A DNA stretch of 64,000 nt, from assembly GCF_009914755.1 (NCBI RefSeq), contig NC_060928.1; one strand, given 5' to 3'. This document shows, one piece after another, positions 51,125-62,020 of the stretch. Position 1 is the stretch's first letter. Each line of letters begins with the position of its first letter. A program made the translations under genes and the position numbers. The notes beneath the pieces are model-generated. The model made no database searches. It was not told the origin of the DNA and was given only the letters and a program-made list of their open reading frames with translations. This stretch comes from the human T2T-CHM13v2.0 reference genome, Homo sapiens.

Positions 51125-53004
51125 TAGTGCATAAAGTGAAAAAAACAAGTAAGGATGAACAGGTGGGCTAGTATTTTTTTTTAAGAAAATCATTACTTTC
51201 ATGTAGAAATATTCAGGATTGATGATACGAAATGAGAAACACCTAAAGTTATGAGAACAGTAGCTTGTGATTACAGTCATAATTAAGGAAGATTTTATAA
51301 CAATTCATATTTTCCTTGCTGAATTTTCTGCTTTTCATACTCCATAATTCAGCAATACTACACCCCTTGTATATGCTGAACTTCCACTATTTTACATCTC
51401 TATACCTTTGTATGTATTGCTTCCTTAATTGTAGCACCACCTGGTCCAGATGTCATCTTTTTTTTTAACTTGCTAACTTTCTGAAGGTTAACTATTTCAT
51501 TACTCTATGACTGCACTGTGTATACGAGTCTGGCACTTAGCAGATATCTGATAAATATGTATTTAATTAATATACTTCTACTCTAGATTGCCTCATGAAC
51601 TATATCTTTACTACAACACAGTGAACTCACTGAATACATTTGTTATGTGTCACCCAGCTTTGAATCATCACCTTGTCACACACACAGTAATGATGTTATC
51701 AAAGTAAATTGACATGTGTTATGGGTTAGCGTGATGAGAAAATAGAAGTAGAGAAACTCTTCAGAAATGTACCAAATTTTCATCCTTAAAGAAGCACCGT
51801 ATAGTTATTTCAAACTCACTATTCAGGTTATTAGATTAACAAAAATGCTATATATTACTGAATTAGTCACTAATACAATATAAATGAGTTTGGGATGCCA
51901 CAGGGCTTTTGTAAAAGCATGATGCTCTTTGGATTAATGCTTTTAAATCGTGGTGAGACTAAAGCTGATGGACTCTCAGCAAACTTAGTGGTATCACAGC
52001 AAAATAGCTGGAGATACCAACAGCTCTGTTTTGTAGGTAATCATTCACTAAGTCCAAGATGATATAATTTAAAATATATTATTAATAAAACTTACAAAAT
52101 GATGTAAGGTGCGGTGATATTGTAATGTTTTTGGAGATGCATGAACCAGATTTGATAAGAAGAAATTCTGTGAGGGATTCAATTTACTTGACCAGCTATC
52201 CCCGTCCACTAGAACCTTAACTGTAAATGTCAGGTTTGTCTTCTTGTCTTGTTAAAAAAATATTGGAGTTATGTTTTCTTAGTTCATAAGTTGGAATTAA
52301 TAAAATCATTGTAACTCAATTTTCTAAGTAACAAATCTTAATGTTAGTATATGGTTATATAAAGAGACCACAATATGCATGATATAAAATGCTTTGTTCT
52401 TAGATATTAGTAAAACTTACAGCCATGAGCCATTAGGGAACTGCCCATCTTTTCTCTTGCCACTTAGCTTAACTTAGATTGAACGCATCCTTGTAACACA
52501 ACCGACATAGCAATTTCAGAGACATCTCAAGCTACAGAAAGTCCAGTCCTTAATATATAGTCTTTATTATGTGTTCTCCTATAATTCTGATATTTTATTC
52601 ATGTTATTATTATTCTGCAGAGATCTTTTAAATACTATGGTTGTATATGACTGCCAGGGAATGACTTCTATGCTGGTATCAAAGAAAATGTACAGTTTTT
52701 CTCGACTTCTGATAAGAGTAAAACAACTTCCACATAGAGTGTCATACAAGATGTTTCTTCCATTCTTTAAGGGCTTTGCTATCTATAATTTTGTTTTCTG
52801 TGTTGAATCTTTATTTCCCCAAGTATCGATAAGTAAAACTGTATAAAATTACTCATTATTTGTTGCTTTGATTTTACATTTTTTGTTTTATACTCTGTTA
52901 ATTTGGTTTGCATAATGATAAAATGCAATAAAATAAAATAAAATAAATAATATTTATGACAAAATCCTATAAATACTATATAAATCTATAAGAAATGTGT
53001 GAAA

Positions 53005-53220
53005 TAAGTAAAAGCACCAGCTCTGGAGCCAGTGAAAGTGGTTGCAATCTCAGCTGTACCATGTGACCTTGGGAAAGTCACAAATGCTCCAAGACTACAT
53101 TTCCTCATCTTTAAAATGGGAAAAATAATAAAGCCTGCCCCCCAGGATCACTGTTAGGATTAAATGAATGAATAATATACAAAACTTTTAGAAGTGAAGC
53201 ACCATAAAATGTTTGCTTTA
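53005..53220 (+). mobile_element. MIR
   Basis: gctctggagccag...tgtgaccttgggaaagtcac...tttcctcatctttaaaatggg...aggattaaatga. Confidence 0.8.
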
Positions 53221-53449
53221 GAAATATACAATGATTTGGTTCTTAGACTATTTGAAATGAATGGAAAGCCTGAGTAAGAGAATTTTTAACAATATTATGT
53301 GATTACCACAAAAGCATGTAGCTGTTTAAAACATTGAACCAAAACCACTACAAACTTAATTTCATTTGGGTCATTAATACTCCCTAGGAAACTTTCCTTC
53401 AGCTGTTTCTTCTAATGATTTCCCTTAATAGATATCCCTAAATTTTCAA

Positions 53450-54050
53450 ATGTCTTCTCACAGCTCCTATATTACTTATGCTTCGGCCTCAACACACGGC
53501 TGTGCTTCCCACTTTTCTGAGTAAATTAGGAACATCAGCAAAGAACCCTTTCCACTTCCTTTCAGGGCAATAACAAAGCTATTAGGGCTCACATTTTTCC
53601 CTTTCTTTCTTTCCTCCTCCTACAATGAGAGAATGTTCACCAGGTGTGTCCTTTATTCTATCCTTATTCCCGTTATCAAGGACTTTGTGCTAACAATCAT
53701 CAATTCTATATTAGAACAACTCTCTTTGGGATTCTATATGTACCTCAAATTCAGCATATCCAAAATTGAATTTGATTACCCAGCTCACTCTTTATAAACT
53801 AATATTCTTCCTGTCTTCCCTATCTTGGTGAATGGGACCACTCCCCAGCCTGATATCCAAGGTTATAGTCACTTCGCATCTTTCCACTCCCTAATTCACC
53901 ACATTCAGTGTAAATCTCTTTTTCCTTTAGACAAAAAACTTCTTTCCCCATCCTCATTAGAATTCCATCAGTTTGTTCATCTTCATCCATATTCTAATGT
54001 TTGAATTATGGCAACAGCCTTCTACCAGGATGACCTGCCCCTGGACTTGA
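53450..54050 (+). mobile_element. L2 fragment
   Basis: cctcaaattcagcatatccaaaattgaa; tcttccctatcttggtgaatgggaccac; gaattatggcaacagccttcta. Confidence 0.65.
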
Positions 54051-54092
54051 CGTATGAAAAAGCAAAGGGTAACACCAAAAGAAATCTACTAA

Positions 54093-54264
54093 CCAGTGGT
54101 ATATTGAAGCCAGTTCCTGCTGGTTCATGAGAACCAATCGTTAAATGCTTAGTGATTTTTTGAGTGGATTTTCAAACTACAGGTAACTTAAAATCACTCA
54201 CGGGGAAAATATCTATACTACAAAAAGCAGCAAACACTTCAACAGATTTACCAGCACATGACAG
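54093..54264. mobile_element. MER63-like hAT DNA transposon
   Basis: Termini cagtggtatattg...ccagcacatgacag; internal gagaaccaatcgttaaat. Confidence 0.55.
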
Positions 54265-54280
54265 GTCTCCACTCTAAAGC

Positions 54281-54358
54281 AAGACTAATTTTTATGATTT
54301 CATTTCAAGAATAATTTTTATGATTTCTTCAAGAATAATTTTTATGATTTCATTTTCA
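54281..54358 (+). repeat. ~25-bp unit x3 minisatellite
   Basis: aagaataatttttatgatttc(att)tc repeated three times. Confidence 0.9.
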
Positions 54359-55170
54359 TGTTTAAAATTGGTTAGTGGTCTCATCTTCTTCCTGCTCAAC
54401 CATGGTGGTTAGAGTGGAACAACAGAACTTCTCAACCTCCACACTTCTGCCGTTTTTCTACTTGGTAAAGCCTACTGTTCTTGCCAGCAGATATATTGCC
54501 CTTGTGCCTGTCTCAGCTCAAAATAATCACGAACCTCAAAAACTGTAGAATGACTTGTCGTCTGCATCTTCCTATTATTTTGTCTTTTAGTGGCTTTTTG
54601 TCCTGTATATTGAGAAATGTTGCTACATGGATCTGGTCCCAGACATCCCTTATAATCAGGACCATCTTCCCCTCCCATACATTCTTTTCCTTCTACCATG
54701 GATAGGGTAAGTTCAAAAAGCTGACATTATTTCTCTAGTTTCGTTCAAACACTGGGGACGAGGGAGGCACTGGGTCATCACCTTTCATTAGGAACCAGGG
54801 AATAAAAATGCAAAGTCTGACAAATGTAGGTTTTTACTGTACTTTTTACAGAGTCATGAGCTAGAGTTTTACTACCTGGAGAGTTTGTATATGCAGGGAA
54901 AAAAATCAAAAGATTAAATAGCTCCTTCAGCAGAATATGGCTAATTTTCTCATCCTCACCATCATAAGCAAACAAGAAAAATTATCAAAGTATTGAGGAT
55001 TACTGAAGGGAATTTAAACAGTCCCAACCAATATAACCTAAAAGATGAAGAAAAGAAACTTAAGACCTTTCCACAGTAACATTACTAGTAGTCACTGTGC
55101 TAAATAGAGATCTGATTATAGAAGTAAGAGTCTTTGCCAAAGTCTCCATCATTCTGTTATCAGTGATTGT

Positions 55171-56769
55171 GAGACATGCATCTCACTAAGAGACCTTAGT
55201 GTCATCTTCTAGCACTTGACCTTCAGTATTAGAAGCTTTACTTTAGTAACAATTGCTACCTAATTCTAACCACTTGTTGTCACATACTTGGTGACATCAA
55301 CAAAGAGAATGACAGGTATAGTCTAAGGCTTCCCAGCTACCTTCTTTGCACACCTAAGGTAAAACACTGAAAGAATGGATACTCTGAGGTCAGATGAGTT
55401 ATCATTGCATATTTGATATCCAGGCCATAAAGAGAAATATGACAGTTTACAATGTCCCTGTCTTTTAAGTAACCACACTTGAGTGAAAGTCATATGCCAT
55501 AATAAAGCATTAAAACATCATCTATAAATGTTTATTTCTGAATTTAAAAAAATCTATAAACTCCATGAGGAAAAAAACTTTCTCTGTTTTGCTCACTACT
55601 CACCTTTACCATCTAGGATGCTGCTTGGCATTTTCTAAGGTTTTAAAAAATATTTATTGGTTTAATGAATATATGGTGATATGAATGTGTTATTAAAAGA
55701 AAGGAGCACAGAAGAAGAAGTTAATAATTCCATTTCAGAAGCTCCAGGCACTAGTCTATTCCCCATGATATAGAATAAAACAGCAGTCCTGCCTTCCAGG
55801 TACTATCTGTCTGAAGAAGACCCTGAAACACTGAATAAGTACTTAGTTTTGTCTTCTTCTGAATGTGCAATGTAGAACTCAAGTGTCTATGTTTCCAATC
55901 AATGTTTTAATTTTAAAAAGCAAAGACACTCAGAACCCAAAGACGCTATTGTTCCCAAAGTAGTTTGTATAAAATGTGAAGTGATTTTACAGATGTTCTG
56001 GAATATACACATAACTACAATAAATGCATTGTGGCTACTGGCCAGTCACCAGGTCTCTGTGTGTTGATCGGCCACAGACGAGAGCTCTGTAGCCGGTGAT
56101 AAAGCTCAGAGTGGAGGGCATTGCAGGAAGGCAGAAAGTGACATCACTCTGGCTTAATCCATGATGCCTTGATTCCAACAGGCTTGTTGCCAACATAGAC
56201 ATAATTGAAGAACTCTAGACATTTAAAAAGCCATGTTACCTCTTACAATTTTTCCCACAGAGTGGATGTAAAGGATCAAAAACAATGAGCAATGTGGAGA
56301 TCAACATAATTGGATAAAACCTAACCAGGTCATCATGTAGCCTATAGAAAGGGCCACTCTATAATCAAGCAAAAATGCCAAACCAGTTTTCCTAGTGATG
56401 ACCCATCTTTTGAACCTGGAACTGTAGACATAGATTGGGGATCATGAGGCTTTGGAATACTGGCTCTTACGCTCTTTTGATTCTCTGTCCAAGGGATCTT
56501 ATATCTTTCAGCTAAATTTAAAAGATGAAACATAATCTTATAGCTCTAGCATGAATAAATCACACGTTAAATGTTCTATAATATTGTGTTTACAATAAAG
56601 ACTAATAAATATCAATTATTGAGCATGCAATTCTATTTTTTGATGTCTCCAGGTAAGTGACAACAGTAAGTTCAAATCAGAGAACAGTTGTCACTGAAAT
56701 ACAGCTTCTAACAGTGAAGGTCAAGTACTAGAAGGTGATCTTCAGGTCATCTGCTGAAATGTATGTCTC
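55171..56769. repeat. Inverted repeat, 140-bp arms (55171-55310 and 56630-56769)
   Basis: Manual ungapped alignment of arm 1 to the reverse complement of arm 2 gives 105/140 identities. Confidence 0.93.
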
Positions 56770-57859
56770 CAGAGGCTTTTAAGACCTGCAGAGTTTTCCA
56801 GCTTTTCATCTCAGTCACTATAATTAATCATTAATTTTGTTTGAACTAATCTGAAAAGTTATGTCAACATTTTTAAATTGCACAAAGTTTACAAGGTAGG
56901 AAGTTGGCCAGAAATGAGGAAATATTATTTAAAAGATGAAAAAATCAGAAATAATTAGTGAAAGAATGAGCAAAATGTATGAATCATGAAGAGTTGCAAA
57001 TGACCTTTACATATGCCAAAATCATCAATGAGAAAAACCAAATCCTGTGATGAAATATTGATTTTTCAATCAAAGTGTCATTTTATATATACTCTGAAGC
57101 TGACCAATATGCTTTTGGCCAAATTATTTTTAGCCAAATCACCTAGCGTTAACAAATGGGCAATTACAACATGTTGGGAAATATGCCGAGAGCTGGATAA
57201 GTGTAAGACACCGTGGAAGCACATAACTCCATCTGCCTGCAAGGTATGAGTCAAAGGAGGCATCCCAGAGTAAGGAACCCATAGGTGGAACCTGGAAGGG
57301 CAAACAGTATTAAACAAGGTTAAAGTAGAGAAGAAGAACAAAAGAAAGAGTCTACTACACATGGAAAACTCCGGCATGATAGGAAGCAAGCACATTTCTC
57401 TTTGGCTGGAACAGAGAAACAAGAAATTTATTGTCAGCACATAGCACAATATCTGATATGTATTAAGCACACTGTAAATATCTGTGAATAAGTTATTTTA
57501 TCTTGCTTATCTGTAACTTCTATAATGAGTATATATTCCTTTTGCACTGAAGAAAAACACACACACATTTATCAAAAAAGGAGATTATAATAGTACTTTT
57601 TTAACAAATTCCATGATGCTCCAAATTAAGTATTTGCAAAACAGGTGACTGAGGTTGCATTTACACCCAACTAGTGGATTCAATCAAATGTGTCAAGTGC
57701 ATCAATTTCCAATTATATTCTTTGAGCAAAGATGTCTTGTTCACTGTTGTCTCATCAGCACAGCAACTAGCTCAGTACATACGTCACACTGCACATATTT
57801 AATAACTCCGGACTGAATGTGAATATGCTGTTTCCAACCCTTGTGGACTTAGTTTGGAA

Positions 57860-58285
57860 TTCTCTATTGATCTTCATATTCAATACCTCTTGGACATTTC
57901 ACTTGGATGTCTCATAAGCAACTCAACACAAAATTTCAAAATATGTGCCTTTTTCTGTATTCCTTATGCTAGTAAATGGCACAACTACATATGATATTGT
58001 TAACTATTAACTTTTTTCTCAATTACTGACTGACTTCATCAATTACTAAGACCTATCCATTCTCTTTCTAAATCTTTTGAAATCCTTTCACTTTTGCTAT
58101 GTCTCCTGCCATTCTCCAAGCTCTCATCCCTTATTAACTGGATTATAGTCATATCCTCCTAATTCTACTGACTTCTACCTTAGTGTTATCACAATGATCT
58201 TTCTAAAATGCAAATTTGATTAATTTTTACCCTTTAAAAATCCTTTAATATCATTGGGATACCATTCAGGATAAATTTTATACAC
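57860..58285 (+). mobile_element. L2 fragment
   Basis: ggacatttcacttggatgtctcataagcaactcaac; gtaaatggcacaac; tgatctttctaaaatgcaaatttgat. Confidence 0.65.
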
Positions 58286-59476
58286 TTCTTTAAGTTAGTC
58301 TTTCTAATAATCTTTGAGATTAAGACTACCTAGCTCTACAAAGAATTTAGAGGTCCCAAAAGAATTTATAAATTGTATCAAAATGTTTCTATAAAATATA
58401 AGGTATCCACTATCTATAAAATGTAAATGTCATGAGTTATTTACTAAAAATGAAATATAAGATACTTTTTCATGATTTTAATCTAATCAGATCACTGCCT
58501 ATTATAATTTTACAAACAACCCACACATTTTTCACAGGTTTATTGCTCACCCTTCTTTAATTTTCCTATGCTTGATTTTGACACTCAGAGACACACAGAT
58601 TTTTAGCCAAGGTGACATGACCCCTCAGCATTTTGTGCAATAAAATAATTCAGAGATACAAGGAAGGATTAATAATAATCCTTCGTACATTTTACTAATT
58701 ATTTTATCACTTTTCTCTCCCTATTTTCCAAGAAGTTTCCCTGCCTCTTTAAGTATTTAAGCCACAGGGGAGTCAATATTCATGCCTTGTTTTGTTATTT
58801 GTTATACTTGCTCATGTCTCTTAACTGCAAGCTTTCTGCGACAGCAAACTATTTGTCTAGGATTGGTTCACCATGTATATTTCCTGTCTTAAACAGTAAA
58901 TAAGAAGAACCAGCTGGTACCTGTAACATAAAAGAACAGCAAGAATACAGAAACAAAGCAAATCATGATTCAGAATGTCACAATCATCTTGGATCTTTGC
59001 ACTTGCATCACAATGGTAGAATGTCCAATTGTCTTCCCCTCCTCATCTAAAATAGCACCTTTATTGAACTGGTATCTCTGCACTATGCTATATAGACTGT
59101 TTTTTCTTCTGCATACTAAAATATTTTCTTCTACTTTGCTAATTCACAGTTTGTGTGGGTATTTTATTGCTTCCTGTGTATTTTCTGCCAATAACCTTTG
59201 ATTTGTTTTTATCAGTTCACATTATTGATTTTATGTAGTGAAGCTTCAATTTGAACAGAAAAGCAGTTAACTTCATTTAACTTTTTTACCTGTTCCTCCT
59301 ATAGATGCCATATTACTGGTGTTTCTTTTTAAATGTAATCAAAATAAACAATCAAGCACTCATTTTCAATTGACCCAAAGACTAAATTTTTCTTTTTAAA
59401 ATATCATTATGTTTTCTTATGCTATCTCTTGCACACTATAGACTAAAACACAGAGAAACTTTCATTTGAATGCCTA

Positions 59477-60021
59477 TGTCAGAGGTGTTTGAACCAGAGC
59501 AACTCCATCTTGACTAGGGGCTTGGTAAAATAAGGCTAAGATTTTCTGGGCTGCATTCCCAGGAGGTTAGACATCCTCAGTTACAGAATGAGACAGGAGA
59601 TTGGCACAAAGTACAGGTCATAAGGATGCAGATAAAAGAGGCTGCAGTAAAGAAGCTAGACAAAACCCACCAAAATCAAGATGGCGACATGAGTAACATC
59701 TGGTCATCCTCACTGCTACACTCCCACCAGTGCCATGACAGTTTATGAATGCCATGTCAACGTCAGGAAGGTACCCTACATGTTGTAAAAAGGGGAAGCG
59801 TGAAAAATCCACCCCTTGTTTAGCATCCACTCCTTCTTTAATAAAGAAATAACCATAAAAATAGGCAACCAGCAGCCCTCAGGACTAGCCATTCTCTTAT
59901 TCCTTTACTTTCTTAATCAACTTCCTTTCAATTTACCCTGTGGACTCACCTCAAATGTTTTATTGTGAGAAATCCAAGAACCCTCTTTTGGGGTCTGGAT
60001 TGGGACTCCTTTTTGTTAACA
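59477..60021 (+). mobile_element. MER41A-like ERV1 solo LTR
   Basis: tgtcagaggtgtttgaaccagagcaactccatcttg ... tccaagaaccctcttttggggtctggattgggac...taaca. Near-TSD ccta/ccca. Confidence 0.9.
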
Positions 60022-60164
60022 CCCACAACTACAAACAAATGCCCAGTATAATAAAGCTACATTTGGATTTCAGCTGATTACTGTAGAAACAAAACATTGT
60101 TGATATTTACAAATAATTTTATCAGTAATTTTATGAAAAGAGAGCTTTCTATCGTGCCTAATAA

Positions 60165-60683
60165 TGTATTAATCAATTACCAAAAAAAAAATGGCCACAA
60201 ATTCCTCTCTTCCTCAATGCATGTACCCTTGCAATATGACTTTGCTATTAGGAGGTGAGATCTATCTCTCTGCTTATTGCTTCTGTATTAGATTCCATAA
60301 CTAATTGGATATTAACAAGCAGGAGTAAGCAGAGGCTTGAAAACAACTTTTACAATCTTAATCTCTTCCCTTTTACAGTTGGGGATCTTTTTATCTTCAT
60401 GTAAAGAAGCCCTGGCTAGCCTAATGTAGGAGCCACCTGCAGCAGAAACAAGCCATCCCAACGGAGGAGCCCTAATGCCAAACAAGAAAGTTGCAACCAT
60501 CCTAAACTCTTCAGCCCCAAGCAAATCACCAGCCCCAGTCACATCACCAGCTGATGGTAGAAATCCAACATGCTAACCCGAACCAGAGGAATAACCCAGC
60601 AGCTGACCCAAGACTGGCAAACTAATAAAATGGTGGCTATTATAAGTTTTGGCTTAGTTTGTTATGCAACAATGGATAAAATA
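60165..60683 (+). mobile_element. MLT1 (F/G/H-like) MaLR LTR
   Basis: aatggccacaaattcctc; cccttgcaatatgactttgc; 3' end aagttttggcttagtttgttatgcaacaatggataa. Confidence 0.7.
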
Positions 60684-61204
60684 GGTAAGGGTTTGCTCTC
60701 TGTATCACAGCCAGATAAAAATGACAAAGGTACAATGGGAAGCTGCAACTTAGCTGGTTCTGTCTTGTTTCCTGCCACCAAGAAGTAATTATCCTTTAAT
60801 TTCCTTTACTCCTTAGGGTTTTTTTTTTTCTAATCTCAATCATCAAAAAAATGTTATCCAAAATCCCAAGCCACCCAAGAAAACACAGTGACTCAAAGGG
60901 ACAGTTAAAAACCTAGAAAAGAGTTTATTTATACATTTTAACAGCTGCAATTTTCCTTGTTCCACTATAAATCTGATCATAATACCTGCATTTATTACTG
61001 AAGCCTCAGAAAGCAAAGGTGGCTTATAGAATCATACTAATTTTAAACAATATTCATGATTTAAAAAAGGAACTGGCTATCTCATAAGGTTTGTTAGAAT
61101 TTAACAACATAAAAAATTACATTTAGATAACCTTATCATTTAAAATCGTTTTAGCTTTTGTTAGTCAGATAAATATTGAAAAATGATGTCTCTAAATTCT
61201 CCTC

Positions 61205-62020
61205 TGTGATAAAATACATATTTAGTCTTTGTTTTTGATTCCTGTTGCAGAGCTCCTAAAACCATTGGAATTTACTGATTGAGAGGAGCATCTGTTGTTA
61301 TTCATAATCAGTCACTTTTGATCACACCTGTGTTCATGCTAATGCAGTGACTTAGGTTGGAGCCCCTAGATAGCCTCAGGATTGTGCTTGTCAACAGAAA
61401 GGCCTATTGATTAGAGGGTTAACACTTTCAGCCCCACCTTCTGACATCTGAGGAGCAGAGGGAGACTAGAGAATATGCTCTATAAAAACTCTTGAACAAG
61501 GATATTTGATGAGCTTTGTTGTTGCTGAACAGGGGGTTTACTGGGAGGATGGTATACCCAGAGCAGGCCTACAAGCTCTGCAACACCACCGCCCAGCCCT
61601 CCCCCATATCTTGCCCTATGCTTCTCTTCCATCTGGCTCTTCCTGAGTTGTATGCTTTATAATAAACCAACACATTTAAGTTAAGTGTTTCCCTGAGTTC
61701 TGCAAACCATTCTAGCAAATTACTGAATCTAAGAAGGGAGTAGTTGAAACTTCTGACTTATAGGTGGTCAGTCATAAGTAATAGGGGACTGGACCTGGCA
61801 CTTGGCATCTGAAGTGGGGCCAGTCTTATGAGACTGAGCCCTTACCCTGTGAAATCTGATGCTAAATGTAGGTAGACAGATAGTATCAAAATTGGATTAA
61901 ACTCTAGGGCACCCAGCTGGTGTCCATAGAGTTGGAGAATTGCTTGGTGTGGAAAATACCCACACATCTTGTGTCAGAAGTGTTGTGTGAACGTGTAGAA
62001 AAACAGTGTGTTTTTTGTAA
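61205..62020 (+). mobile_element. MER21-family LTR
   Basis: atatttagtctttg...agagctcctaaaaccattggaattt; aataaacc...gtgtttccctgagttctg; ggcatctgaagtgggg; cacacatcttgtgtcagaag. Confidence 0.85.

Noticed and set aside
54281-54358. Short direct repeats as a CRISPR-like array
   Set aside because: Head-to-tail minisatellite without unique spacers, in a eukaryotic context.
59477-60021. MER41 as an interferon-inducible STAT1 enhancer
   Set aside because: The copy reads aaaaggggaagcgtgaaaaatccacccc and lacks the tandem TTCNNNGAA segment I recall from MER41B, so it is MER41A-type.
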